This document shows, piece by piece, positions 49,741 through 60,976 of a stretch of DNA of 64,000 nt. The notes beneath the pieces were generated by a model that saw nothing but the letters and a program-made list of their open reading frames with translations, did not search any database and was not told the origin of the DNA. Position 1 is the stretch's first letter. Each line of letters begins with the position of its first letter. The stretch is from Spirochaetia bacterium. Its GTDB lineage: Bacteria; Spirochaetota; Spirochaetia; UBA9216. A program made the position numbers and the translations under genes. Location: positions 736,001 through 800,000 of the forward strand of contig OZ223269.1 in the NCBI GenBank assembly GCA_965140585.1, given 5' to 3'.

Positions 49741-49813
49741 TCCCCTGTAGCTCAGCTGGTAGAGCGGGTGACTGTTAATCACTAGGTCGGCAGTTCAAGT
49801 CTGTCCGGGGGAG
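49741..49813 (+). tRNA. tRNA-Asn(GTT), CCA not encoded
   Basis: Acceptor TCCCCTG/CGGGGGA, D arm GCTCAGCTGGTAGAGC, anticodon arm GGTGA-CTGTTAA-TCACT, T loop TTCAAGT, discriminator G. Confidence 0.97.
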
Positions 49814-49816
49814 TAT

Positions 49817-49854
49817 AAAAGACTGTCTGTAATAATTTCAGACAGTCTTTTTTT
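49817..49854. terminator. terminator after tRNA-Asn (bidirectional)
   Basis: AAAAGACTGTCTG...CAGACAGTCTTTTTTT. Confidence 0.85.
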
Positions 49855-49889
49855 ATTTAAATTCTGTATTCATTCTGCTGTTAAGTCTG

Positions 49890-51650
49890 CTATAAATAGG
49901 TAAAAAATTTGAAATCTTCGATAAAAAAATGACCTACCAGAATTTCTTCAAGAATGAAGTCGAAGAGGGCTTCGGGACTTTTTATATAATGTTCAATGTT
50001 GTCTTTTGTACGGTTGATACTGTTTAGAATGTGGCTATGTATCATTTTATGATCTTCAAGAAACGGATATCCTGCTTTGAAAAGAATACCTTCCTCATAT
50101 CTGAAGTGTTTTGTCAGTGATTCGATGAAATCTGAATAGAGCAAGTGAAATTTTTCAGGATTAACTTCAAATAAATCGATCATGGTGTTTGCATCTGCCA
50201 TTAACTGCTTATGCTGCTGATTGATTGCATTGTTACTGCAAAACCATTCACTCTTCTAGTCAAGAGTTTTAAGTTCTCTTTTCATCGGCTCACTTTCCAT
50301 ACTGATAGATAACCTGTTTCTGCCATCATGCTTTGCTTTATATAGGGCATTATCTACCCGTTTAAATAAACTTCCCCAGAACTCAAATTCAAGACGCTGT
50401 GCAATTCCAAGACTTATTGTGACATTCCCAATATCGTCATAGTTAATCTTTCCAATTTCTGTACGCAGTTTCTCAGCAATACCTGTAGCGATATTTAAAT
50501 TCCCGCCTGAAACAATAATCAAAAATTCTTCACCTCCCCATCGGACAAGAAGATCACTTTTTCTGATTATTTCTTTTGCTTTTGCGGCAGTACTCACCAA
50601 TACACGATCACCTGCTTCATGACCATAATTATCATTAACCTGTTTAAAATGATCCAAATCAAAAAGAATTATTGAAAGGTCGTATTCCATTCGATCAGCT
50701 CTATCCATTTCGCTGTGTATGTTTCTTTCAAGCATTTCTCTGTTAAAGACACCTGTAAGTCTGTCGGTTATAGCAGTCTCGTTTAAGGAGTTATTTTTTT
50801 TTCTAAGCAATATATGTTTAACTGAAATACGATATAAACTTACAGTAGCAGCCAATATCACTATAATACCAAGGGAAATTACTAGATAGATTATGCTGTA
50901 ATTAAAAGTGTTTGCAAATTCATCCGGAATATAATATATTTCCCACTCTCCAAAATCTGATTTTTTAAGAACTTTTTCAGGGTTCATATCGAATATGTCC
51001 GGGCTGCCGTACATTATCAGTGAATCTTCGGTTTTGTCTAAAATAAGTACTTTAATTTCAGCATCTTTGCTGATCTGATCGATATATTCATTGAATTTTA
51101 AACCATCAAGAACAATACTGGCCTGTCCCCAATATAGACCATCTTTCAAAAGTGGAATCCGTATAATATACCCGATTCCTCCCTGAACAAGGTTTACAGG
51201 ACCCTGGAAAACGTGTTTTTGTTCGTTTTTTACTTCGAGAACCTTCCTGGACTGGCCTTCAATTTTTGATAAATCGACTCCGATTGCTGCTGCATTATTT
51301 TCTCTGGGGAAATTCCATTCAAGTGTAGTATCCTTAAGAATCCCTACATTTCGTATATATTGACTTCTGCCATGCATTAAATTCGCTAAAAACTCATAAA
51401 TTTCTTCATCCTTAAAATTATCGAATGTCTCTATATAGGCTGAAAATCCAAAAAGGATGTCCTTGTGTGATAATATAAAATTCTCAAGGTTATTATTAAA
51501 ATTCATATATCTATTATATGAATCTAATGTTCGCTGTGACTCCACCTGACTAAAAAGAAGACTGCTTATCCATATGAGCATACCGCTGAGAATGACAAAA
51601 ATAAATCCGGCCAATCCAAGCGCCTGAATATATCTGGTTTTATTTTTCAT
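49890..51650 (-). pseudogene. CHASE-GGDEF-hemerythrin diguanylate cyclase interrupted by an in-frame TAG (50256-50258)
   Basis: ORFs 50256..51650 (CHASE-like plus RWGGEEF) and 49890..50201 (HFRYEE, HKMIH, HFFIED) are in the same frame: LKTLD*KSEWFCSNNAINQQHKQLM. Confidence 0.8.
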
Positions 51651-51767
51651 TTGAATCCTTTTTTTTTAATTATAATCAATCCGAAGTTGGAAAAAAGACT
51701 TGGGATAAGATATTTTTAAAATTTAAATTTCCATGTTAAAATATTTTTTCTAATATTAGGAGAAAGT

Positions 51768-52292
51768 ATGAAGACTCTGGTTGTATATTATTCGCATTCA
51801 AATAATAACCGTTTTATTGCTGAACAGATCTCAAAGAGATTAAAATGCAGTATTGATAAAATCAGACCCAGGGGTAATCTGCACCTGCTTCAGTTATTAT
51901 TCTCCGCTTCGCGAACCGGCTTCGGTATACATTCCTCAAAATATTCACCTGCTGATTTTGACAGGGTGATAATCTGCGGGCCTATCTGGATGGGAACCGT
52001 GGTTTATCCGGTATACAAATACATACAAAATAACCGTAAAAGTATTAAAAAACTGAATTTTGTTTCATGCTGCGGTTCAACAGAGGAACAGAAGGATTCA
52101 AAATTCGGTTATGAAACTGTTTTCAAAAAAATAGAAGAACTTATTGGAGATCGTTTTGAAGGGGCATATGCTCTGCCGATAGGAATACTTTCTCCGGAAA
52201 CTGAAAATGTTATGTAGCTTAGTCTTAATCAATCTAATTTTCAGGGTAAAATTTCCGACCACTTTGAAAAAATAGTTTCTTATATAGAATAG
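51768..52292 (+). pseudogene. flavodoxin-like protein with probable premature TAG at 52215-52217
   Basis: MKTLVVYYSHSNNN, GPIWMG. The frame continues after the TAG as LSLNQSNFQGKISDHFEKIVSYIE*, a plausible final helix. Confidence 0.6.
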
Positions 52293-52393
52293 ATAAGATT
52301 ATAAGCAGCAATTGTTGTATATTTAAGAATAAATAAGCTTTCTGCAAAACTCGGTTAGTTTTGAAAATCATCATAATAACAGACAGGTTAAAT

Positions 52394-54318
52394 ATGAATA
52401 AAAGTATAAGGTCTAAAGTTTCCCTGATTATTCTGGTTTATATATTATTAACTGCAGCTTTTTCTATCTATATATATCGCATTGAGTATAAAAATAAAGA
52501 AGAGCAGCTTAATAACAGTCTTTACGCCGCTGCAAAGTCACTTGATATGATTATTGGTCCTGATTTTTTTGATAAATATGATTTTTATAACAGAATTTCT
52601 GCATCCGAATACGAAAAAATAACAAAAGTATTGAATAATTTTGCGGATTCACTGGGTCTTGAATATGTTTATGCCATGGTTCGTCAGAATAACACTATTT
52701 ATTTTGTAGTTAGTAATGAAACCGAAGATGATTTAATTCGTGGAACTCCAAGTATTTTCTATAATCCTTATCCTTTTCCGCCTAATGATCTTACAGATGC
52801 ATTTGACGAGGGAAAAGTTACATACAGGTATTATTCTGCATACAGAAATATTTGGAACAGTTATTATTCGATTTTTCTGCCCGGTATAAGTCCGGGAGGA
52901 AATAAGTACATGCTTGCTGCTGATATTAAACTTCAGGATCAGATCAGTATACTTCGAAGCAGTATTTATAAAGCTATTATTCTAATCATCATTTTTATGA
53001 TTCCGCTGATTCCTTTACTGTATATTCTAAAAAATGGAGCGGATCGAAGGGCCAGAGATCTTGAGAAACTTATCTATACGGATAAATTAACACATCTGCC
53101 CAATCGTGATGGATTTATCCGTGATACTGCTCCTGTAGAACAAGAGTGTATGTCTGTGATTATGATAGATATCGATTCCTTCAGGGACATTAATAATCTT
53201 TTCGGAGGAATTGTAGGAGATAGAGTCCTGCTCCGTATTTCTGATATCATCAATGAGATTTGTACTCCGAATTTCAAACTTTATAAATTTCCTGTAGACG
53301 AATTCATACTTCTGGCTAAAGACTGCATGGAACTTGAATTCATTATTCAGATTACGGAAAACATTATAAATACTATTTCAGATGAGAGTTTTGTAAATAT
53401 AGGGCAGCCTCTTGATTTAACCGTCACTGCAGGTATCGTATATCAGGAAACAATGTATATGGATCTTCTAAGTCATGCAAATATTGCAAAGAACAAAGCA
53501 AAGCATGAAAAGAAGGGTTGGATTCTTTATGATGATTCGATGAAGGTTGAGACAAATTACAACAATAATTTCAAAACTATAGGTTTTATAAAAGAAGCTA
53601 TTAAGGCAGACATGGTGGTTCCTTACTATCAGCCGATTAAAAATAATTACACGGATGAAATTGAAAAATATGAGGCCTTGATAGGAATCCAGAGAGAAAA
53701 CGGTGAAGTACTGCTTCCTGGGGGCTTTCTGGAGGTAGCCAGAAAAAGTAAACTATATAAAGAGCTCACTTTATGCATGATTAGGAAATCATTCAGGGAT
53801 TTTCAGGGATGGGAAAAACCATTTCATTGAATTTTAGTGCCCGTGATATTGAGGACGATTCTACAGTAGAATTCCTAATGAAATGCTGTAAAGATTACAA
53901 TATGCAGAATTATGTAATAATCGAACTGCTTGAATCAGAATCTATCATTCATTATGAAACAATTTTCCGAAATATCCAGCGGCTTAAAGAACATGGAATC
54001 AAGATAGCTATTGATGATTTCGGCAGCGGATATTCAAATTTCATTTATCTGTCTCAATTTCATGCTAATTATATAAAAATTGATGGTACTCTGATAAAAA
54101 AGCTGCTTACTGAAAAACATTCGGAGGCCATTATTACGGCAATATCGGCTTTTGCCCGGGATCTTGATATATCTTTAATTGCTGAATTTGTATCAAATGA
54201 AGAAGAAATAACACGTCTGAAAGAATTGAATGTAGAATTTTCTCAGGGTTTTTATATTGGAAAACCGAAGCCGTTCAAAGAGCTTAATATTAAAAGAAGT
54301 CCGAAAGTGAAAATTTAG
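52394..54318 (+). pseudogene. membrane-anchored degenerate GGDEF-EAL phosphodiesterase, frameshifted near 53815-53825
   Basis: The first ORF has PVDEF and YEALI; the second frame continues ISLNFS...IELLESE...DDFGSGYSNF...IKIDG...AEFV...QGFY. Confidence 0.85.
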
Positions 54319-55283
54319 TTAGCTGTTATATCTGAATTGAGCCAGTTTAAAATTTCTTCAGAAATTGTTTCAATCGAACCTGAATTAATAAACAGTTTTG
54401 TATTTCTATCTCCATCGGATGAATACAGAAATTTGCTTTCAAGCAGGATATTTACATGTCTTGAAACTGTAGATTTAGCAAGCCCCATTTTAATTGTGAG
54501 CTCTTTCTGTGTCATAGGCTGCTTTGATAGCATAAATAATATTTCAAGTCTGGTCCGATCTGAAAGTGCGAATGCTTTTGTGCTTATTGAAATCGAACCT
54601 TTCAGACTGTAATCATTATCGCGAAAAGGCAGATCCATACATAAACTGAAAATACCTTCATCATGACAATCATCAATTACAAGGTGAGGGAAAGAGAAGA
54701 GGCTTAGCTTTATATAGAAAACATCAAGAACCTCAGAGTTGAAAGATGCACTGTACATTTTTTCCATTACTATCTGATTTCTTTTTATTGAAACTCTTGG
54801 ATTCAAACGTTTTACATAATCGGTGAATGCAAGTTTACTGTATAAGGATGTTTCATCTTTAATTGATGATTTAATTAAAATTTTATGCTCTTCAATAATA
54901 TCAATAAAAAAATTCCTGCAGTATGTTTCCAGAAAGAAAATCAGGCTTTCAGGTTTGATATCTTCCGGAAAACATTTCCAATTACTGTGGTCATTAATAA
55001 AACTGATAATCTGCTCAGAGCTGTCTATATTAAAATTAAGAAAAGTATACTGTTTAATATATTCGTCAAGATGAAGCCAACCGCCGATTTTGCTCTCAAT
55101 CAGTCTGAAAAGATCTTTTTCCTTTCTTGAAAAGCTTTTGTACACTTCTATTGCCCATACAGCGCTTGGACCGTGATGGCCCGGATCTGATATTACATCG
55201 AGTGACATGGCCATTTCGGAGATTGGATTATAGGTTATTTTTATCCTTTGTTGCAGATTTTTATAATCATTAATATATATCAT
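54315..55283 (-). CDS. ArsR-family regulator with long N-terminal domain
   Basis: C-terminal ALSDRTRLEIL...KSTVSRHVNIL HTH. Confidence 0.8.
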   Translation of the reverse strand: MIYINDYKNLQQRIKITYNPISEMAMSLDVISDPGHHGPSAVWAIEVYKSFSRKEKDLFRLIESKIGGWLHLDEYIKQYTFLNFNIDSSEQIISFINDHSNWKCFPEDIKPESLIFFLETYCRNFFIDIIEEHKILIKSSIKDETSLYSKLAFTDYVKRLNPRVSIKRNQIVMEKMYSASFNSEVLDVFYIKLSLFSFPHLVIDDCHDEGIFSLCMDLPFRDNDYSLKGSISISTKAFALSDRTRLEILFMLSKQPMTQKELTIKMGLAKSTVSRHVNILLESKFLYSSDGDRNTKLFINSGSIETISEEILNWLNSDITAN

Positions 55284-55315
55284 GTTCGACCGCTGATTAT
55301 AAATCAGAGGATCCT

Positions 55316-56140
55316 TTATGTAAAGGTCAGGTTACCTTCAACTTTACCCCGGTATTCCGCATATCGGAGGATTAGAGATGAAGCGACCAGGTATATTACC
55401 GCAAGTATGGATAATGAGATCAGCTCTCTGTATATGAAGCTTATATCTATCACTGGTGAGTAAGCTGTTCTTAAAAGTTTTGCACAATGAGAAAGCGGGT
55501 ATGCAAGTGCTGCAAAAGATAAGGCCCAAGGCAGAGCTTTGACAGGAAAACGTATTCCCGACAAAAACTCGGACGGTGTTTCAACGAGTGCATAAACCAG
55601 CCGCATGTTTCTGCCTGTCAAAAAGATCGCACAGACGAGACTGCCCCAGGGAAGGCTAAGTATAAAAATCAGAATAGATAAAATGAGAAAAAGGAGAATA
55701 TTCGGAGGCTGAACCCTGAATACTATATGAGCTGAGATTAGAAAACCTGCGTATGAAGCCATAAAGGAAGGCAGTACTCCCGCGGTATTGGAAATAAGCC
55801 AGAGAGTTCTGTTTACCGGTGAAATATAAATTGGTTCAAGTATGCCGTAATCTCTCTGTCCGCCCATTGCTGCTCCTGTATTTATATACTCGTTAAATAG
55901 GGAAAGCACGAGAATACCGGGAATAATATAGCTCATTATCTTAAAGAATCCGCTGTCAAAAGAAGCCGGCATCTCAGTACCTTCAAAAAGCGGTGAGTAA
56001 AACAGATAGTAAATAAGGCAGTTCAGGAGCGGCCATGATATCTGCTGCATAAGAAAAAAAAGTTTATTGAAATGCTGTGATTTAAATACTTTTAAGCTCT
56101 GCCAGTATATGAAATTAATTATTATCATTATTTTCTCCAT
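55316..56140 (-). CDS. ABC-2 type permease
   Basis: About six TM segments, LSGIRFPV..LP, PLSH. Confidence 0.85.
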   Translation of the reverse strand: MEKIMIIINFIYWQSLKVFKSQHFNKLFFLMQQISWPLLNCLIYYLFYSPLFEGTEMPASFDSGFFKIMSYIIPGILVLSLFNEYINTGAAMGGQRDYGILEPIYISPVNRTLWLISNTAGVLPSFMASYAGFLISAHIVFRVQPPNILLFLILSILIFILSLPWGSLVCAIFLTGRNMRLVYALVETPSEFLSGIRFPVKALPWALSFAALAYPLSHCAKLLRTAYSPVIDISFIYRELISLSILAVIYLVASSLILRYAEYRGKVEGNLTFT

Positions 56141-57084
56141 TCAGCAGGCTGACAGTTTTATTATCGCATCTTCAAGCGATGGAAGTCTCTGCGTATATTC
56201 CAATCCGGTAGTTCCATCAAAATCAATATTTTTTAATAAATGATATCCGTCTTTTTTGTCCAGGGTGATAATAAATTTACCGCCTGAATTAATCACGGAT
56301 GATTCATCTAATTTTATAAGGCTATTTATTTTATTTAGAAGCCGGTGGTCGGAAAAACTGAAATGATGCTTCTCCTTTAAATCGGTCAAATTATAAAGCT
56401 CGCTGTATGTTCCGTTGAATATGAGGCGGCCTTGCTGCAGTATTCCTACATTTTTACATATTTGTTCAATTTCCGACATATAGTGGCTTGTAAGTATTAC
56501 TGTCCTTTCTCATCAGAAAGCAGAATTTCCTTAATGAAATTTCGAATTTCTCCAGCTATTGCCACATCAAGCCCAAGTGTAGGTTCATCAAGCAGTAGAT
56601 ATCTTGGATTATTTATCAGGCCTCTGGCAATTGTAAGTCTCTGTTTCATCCCTCTTGAATAGGTTTCAACTCTCTTGTCTGCCTTGTTTTCAAGTCCAGT
56701 GAGTGAAAGAAGTTCATTAACACGTTTTTTAGATTCACGGTAGGACATCCCGTACAGTGATGAAAAATAGAATAGATTTTCTTTGCCTGTAAGGCGGAAA
56801 TACAGCATACGGTCACTGCCTGTAATCATATTTATCTGAGACCTCAGAATTTTTTCATTTTGAACAGTATCAAGCTCATCGAGTTGGATAGACCCTAAAC
56901 TTGGTCGAAGCAATGTGGCAATCATTTTTAGAGTTGTTGTTTTACCTGCACCGTTAATACCAAGAAGGCCGTATGCTCCTGCGGGTATTTTCAAATCTAT
57001 TTTTTGTACTCCGGTACTATATTCAGATTTTCTGAAAACTTTTCCTGTTTTATAAATTTTGGATACATTATCATTTGTGATCAT
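56141..57084 (-). pseudogene. ABC transporter ATP-binding protein, frameshifted near 56505
   Basis: GINGAGKTT, YSRGMKQR and LDEPTLGLD are in ORF 1; the H-loop TVILTSHYMSEIEQ is in the other frame (GAGAAAGGACA, one A short). Confidence 0.85.
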
Positions 57085-57093
57085 GCAATTCTC

Positions 57094-57888
57094 CTAAGAC
57101 AGATAATTTTCGAGGGCTGTACGCTCAACAAGCGGAAGCAGCAGGTAACCTGCTGTTATAAGAATTATGGCTGGGAGCAAATTTATTAGATATTCACTGA
57201 AACTGCCCATACTGTACGCTGTAAATAAGCCGGTTCGAACAAGTTTAACTCCGTAATTTACAGGTATCAACCTGCTGAAAAGCAATAATGGAGGTGGCAG
57301 TGATTCGACTGTGAACAGATAACCGCCGCTCAGGAGCATTAGAGGAAGCAGGGTATTCTGAATTATGAATGTGTCACGAAACGTGATCATTAAAATACTT
57401 GTTATTAATGCAAGACCATGAAGTGTAAACAATATCTGTAATAACCCCAGTAAGACAGTACATATATTAACGTTATATCCGATACCGGCAAAAGCGGAGA
57501 TAACCGAAGCAATCATAAAATCAATTATGGACAGTGATAACTGATGCAGCTGGTTTCCAATGTAATACTGTTGACGTTTGAAAGGAATTATCAGAATACA
57601 CTCTAGAGTACCTTCCCGGCGTTCAGTCATAAGAGTTCTGCTCACATTTAATAGAATTCCCTGGGTTGTGCCGTATAATGCAGATCCGATGATAATAAAA
57701 CCTCTATAGTCACTGATTCCTGAATCTCTGATGAATGAAGATGAAACGGATCCGCTGTTAAGACGGAACAGTATAAATGCAGTTGCGACTGTAAAGAGAA
57801 TAAATGTGAGCCTGCTTATGAAAAAGTCGGTATATTCGCCTCTAAGTGCTGAGATGAGATTTTTTTTAAAGACATTAAATATAATCAT
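57094..57888 (-). CDS. ABC-2 type permease
   Basis: ERREGTLE, LSGGYLF...LP, multiple TM segments. Confidence 0.85.
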   Translation of the reverse strand: MIIFNVFKKNLISALRGEYTDFFISRLTFILFTVATAFILFRLNSGSVSSSFIRDSGISDYRGFIIIGSALYGTTQGILLNVSRTLMTERREGTLECILIIPFKRQQYYIGNQLHQLSLSIIDFMIASVISAFAGIGYNVNICTVLLGLLQILFTLHGLALITSILMITFRDTFIIQNTLLPLMLLSGGYLFTVESLPPPLLLFSRLIPVNYGVKLVRTGLFTAYSMGSFSEYLINLLPAIILITAGYLLLPLVERTALENYLS

Positions 57889-57993
57889 AAAAATCCTGAA
57901 GTACGTAAAATAACGAACTTAAAGTAAAACAAAATTTCAAAAATGTCAAATTTATTTAGAGTTTTAATGTCTCAGTGTTTATACTAAATACAT

Positions 57994-59226
57994 ATGGAGA
58001 AATTTAAGAACAATTTCAATGAGCCGGATTTGCGTAATAATAAACTTGAGCTCATAAGGTTATCACCAATGGTTGAAGATGCCCTGGTCAGGAGCTCATT
58101 TTTTCTAACATTCCCGGCCTTGCTCGAAGATTTTTATGAGAAAGAAACCGGTGACCGTACAAATAAACATTTTTTTAAGTCGGGTTTTCTGGCATTATTT
58201 GTTTATAATCTTTTTATAGTCACCGACTATTTTATGATTCCCGATCTATTAAAAACTGCAATAATTATGAGAACCTGCATTGTAACTCCGGTTATCATTT
58301 TTACTATGATTCTGGTTAAAAGAAATCCGAAGCCATTCGTCAGGGAATTTGTCGAATCGGTTGTAGTCTTTATTGTGGGATTGAGCTTGATTTTTATCCT
58401 TATACTAAGTAACTCTGAAAATGCAGGGGCATATCATCCCGGAGTAACTTTGATACTGATATTTTCCAACCTTTTTGTAAGAATCAAGTTCAGATACAGT
58501 TTTTTTGGAACCATATTTTTGTTTCTTATTTATCTGCTGTGTACTCCTTTTTTCTATCTTATAAAAACTCCAATCATGGTAAATAATTTAATTTTTCTAT
58601 TTTCAACAGGCCTATTCACTTTAATCAGCAGTTATACAACTGAAAAATATCTTCGAAAAAATTACCTGCTGATTTTGAGAGAACGAATACAAACCATTAA
58701 TCTGAATGAAATCAACACTGAGCTGGTTATGCTGTCCCAAATAGATGCCTTAACCGGACTGCCGAACAGAAGGCAGATCGATGAATATATTGATAAACTC
58801 AAGAGAAGCGGGATAGAAGAAAATATTGCAGTAATTCTTATGGATTTGGATAATTTCAAAGCTTATAATGATTACTATGGTCATCAGGCCGGAGACGAAT
58901 GTTTGCGTATGATATCTGAATCCCTGAAATCAATAACCAGAAGTAAGGGCGATCTTGTTGCAAGATATGGCGGTGAGGAATTCCTACTGATTCTTTTATC
59001 AACTGATAATAAGGCGGCTTTGAATGTCAGCGGCAGAATTACTAAGGCTGTATATGATCTGGGAATACCGAATGAAAAGTCAGAAGAATACGGAGTTGTA
59101 ACTATAAGCGGCGGACTTGCAGTCAGCCGCAGAAATGATGATATTGAAAATCTAATAAAAAAAGCTGATGAAGCTTTGTATAAGGCTAAAAAAGCAGGAA
59201 AAAACAGAATAGCGATATCAGGTTAG
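57994..59226 (+). CDS. membrane-bound diguanylate cyclase
   Basis: N-terminal multi-TM domain; DALTGLPNRR, DNFKAYNDYYGH, RYGGEEF. Confidence 0.92.
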   Translation: MEKFKNNFNEPDLRNNKLELIRLSPMVEDALVRSSFFLTFPALLEDFYEKETGDRTNKHFFKSGFLALFVYNLFIVTDYFMIPDLLKTAIIMRTCIVTPVIIFTMILVKRNPKPFVREFVESVVVFIVGLSLIFILILSNSENAGAYHPGVTLILIFSNLFVRIKFRYSFFGTIFLFLIYLLCTPFFYLIKTPIMVNNLIFLFSTGLFTLISSYTTEKYLRKNYLLILRERIQTINLNEINTELVMLSQIDALTGLPNRRQIDEYIDKLKRSGIEENIAVILMDLDNFKAYNDYYGHQAGDECLRMISESLKSITRSKGDLVARYGGEEFLLILLSTDNKAALNVSGRITKAVYDLGIPNEKSEEYGVVTISGGLAVSRRNDDIENLIKKADEALYKAKKAGKNRIAISG

Positions 59227-59228
59227 TT

Positions 59229-60281
59229 TTAAAGATGAAGGCTGTGAGCCTTGAAAAGACAGTAAATATAATCATCTGTCTGAAGATTCAGACGCTTGAA
59301 TGATTCTCTTGTCAACTTGGTTATCAGCTGGATTCCTGCATCAATTATACAGATATTAGCGTTATCAGTGCTGTAAATATTTGTGATCTTTCCCGGTATC
59401 TGATTTTGTATTGAAATATCATGATTATATTTTTTAGAGAGTGCAATTTCATCCGGCTGAATTGTAAGTGTAAATTTTCCTCCCGGTGAAACTGCTGATT
59501 TAATATCATAATTATGAATTTCTTTTATTCGGCAGCTGTATAATCCTTCACAGATTTTTTCAGAAGAGTCTATGTCGATTGTATTTATTAAATCTTCCTT
59601 TGAGGCAATTCCTTTGTCCTGCGACAGTACATCAATAATGTTGCCGAAACCTTTGCATCTTCCGTCTTCAATAAGATAGACTTCATCTGTCATACGCTGA
59701 ATATCGGGCAAATCGTGGCTTATAAGCAGCATTTGTATCTTAAGAACATCACGTATACGTTTAAGATACGGCAGCATGCTTGTTCTAAGGTCGGAATCTA
59801 CTGCATTAAATGGTTCATCAAGAAGTAGTATCTCAGGCATTGTATAAAGTGCCCTTGCAATAGCCGTTCTCTGCTGTTCACCTCCTGAAACCTGTGAGGG
59901 ATAAGAGTATGAAATTTTTTCAAGTTCAAACAATTCTATTAGTTCGTTTATGTTCAGATTATCTTCACGGTTGTATTTTTTACTGAAAAGAATATTCTCT
60001 TTTATATTTAGATGGGGAAAAAGAAGCTTTTCCTGAAAAACTACACCAATTTTTCGTTTATACGGCGGTATAAAAATATGTCTTTCAATATCCGTCACCG
60101 GTCTGCCGTTTATTGTGATAAATCCTGAATCGGGCTTTATTAAACCGGATATAAGATTAAACAGTGTTGTTTTTCCAGCACCTGACGGTCCGAAAATCCC
60201 GGTGGTTTTATTGTTTATCTGAGCTTTTAAATCGACTGAGAAATTTTTCCTGTTTAATTTCAGATTAAAGCAGATACTCAT
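59229..60281 (-). CDS. modC: molybdate ABC transporter ATP-binding protein
   Basis: GPSGAGKTT, VSGGEQQR, C-terminal TOBE (ISIQN). Confidence 0.93.
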   Translation of the reverse strand: MSICFNLKLNRKNFSVDLKAQINNKTTGIFGPSGAGKTTLFNLISGLIKPDSGFITINGRPVTDIERHIFIPPYKRKIGVVFQEKLLFPHLNIKENILFSKKYNREDNLNINELIELFELEKISYSYPSQVSGGEQQRTAIARALYTMPEILLLDEPFNAVDSDLRTSMLPYLKRIRDVLKIQMLLISHDLPDIQRMTDEVYLIEDGRCKGFGNIIDVLSQDKGIASKEDLINTIDIDSSEKICEGLYSCRIKEIHNYDIKSAVSPGGKFTLTIQPDEIALSKKYNHDISIQNQIPGKITNIYSTDNANICIIDAGIQLITKLTRESFKRLNLQTDDYIYCLFKAHSLHL

Positions 60282-60970
60282 TTTTGTTCTTCCCCGTTCT
60301 TCAGATTATTTTTTACAAAATATGAGGATAAAATTACAGCTATCAGTGATATTCCCGCAGATATCGACACTAATACTACTGCTTCTCTTTCTTTGCCTGG
60401 TATCTGAAGCATGGAATAAACGGCAAGAGGAATAGTTCTTGATACACCTTCAATATTTCCTGCAAAGGTTATAGTTGCTCCGAATTCACCAAGACTGCGG
60501 GCAAATGCCAGAACGACTCCGCTGATAATTCCGGGTTTCATAAGAGGAAGAGTAACTCTAAAGAATACGGAAAGCTTTCCCGCCCCTAGAGTAAATGCAG
60601 CTTTTTCAAACATCGGATTAATCATTTCAATCGAGACTTTCAAACTTCGAAGAAGAAGAGGAAATGAGACAATCATCGCTGATAGAACTGCTGCAAGAGT
60701 TGTAAAAGCTATTCGTATTCCAAAGAAGCTGTATATATAACTTCCGATAAGTCCATTCTTTCCAAGTATTAAAAGTAAAAGAAAACCGGTAGTAACCGGG
60801 GGCATAACAAGTGGTAAATTGAAAATTCCTTCAATAATTGAGCTTCCTTTTATTCTGTATCTATGCAGCAGATAAACTACAATAAGGGAAGGCGGGAGAT
60901 TGGCTGCTGTTGCCAGCAGCCCAATCTTCAAAGAAAGGAAAACACAGGTAAGGATCTCAGTGGAAGTCAT
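60278..60970 (-). CDS. modB: molybdate ABC transporter permease
   Basis: LPLVMPPVTTG, FARSLGEFGAT, TIPLAVY. Confidence 0.95.
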   Translation of the reverse strand: MTSTEILTCVFLSLKIGLLATAANLPPSLIVVYLLHRYRIKGSSIIEGIFNLPLVMPPVTTGFLLLLILGKNGLIGSYIYSFFGIRIAFTTLAAVLSAMIVSFPLLLRSLKVSIEMINPMFEKAAFTLGAGKLSVFFRVTLPLMKPGIISGVVLAFARSLGEFGATITFAGNIEGVSRTIPLAVYSMLQIPGKEREAVVLVSISAGISLIAVILSSYFVKNNLKNGEEQK

Positions 60971-60976
60971 TGCCTT

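Noticed and set aside
50256-52217. Amber recoding or pyrrolysine read-through suggested by two in-frame TAGs
   Set aside because: TAG ends intact genes elsewhere (ygeW, MCP, gcvH, the 34210 flavodoxin), no pyl genes are present, the two sites imply different residues (Trp and probably Lys), and neighbouring genes are frameshifted, which favours decay or error.
53805-56510. Programmed -1 frameshifting in the EAL and ABC ATPase genes
   Set aside because: No in-frame X_XXY_YYZ heptamer or evident stimulatory hairpin; single-base losses in short runs are the simpler explanation.
49741-59226. Intact integrative element at tRNA-Asn
   Set aside because: No integrase, transposase or att duplication was seen in the window.
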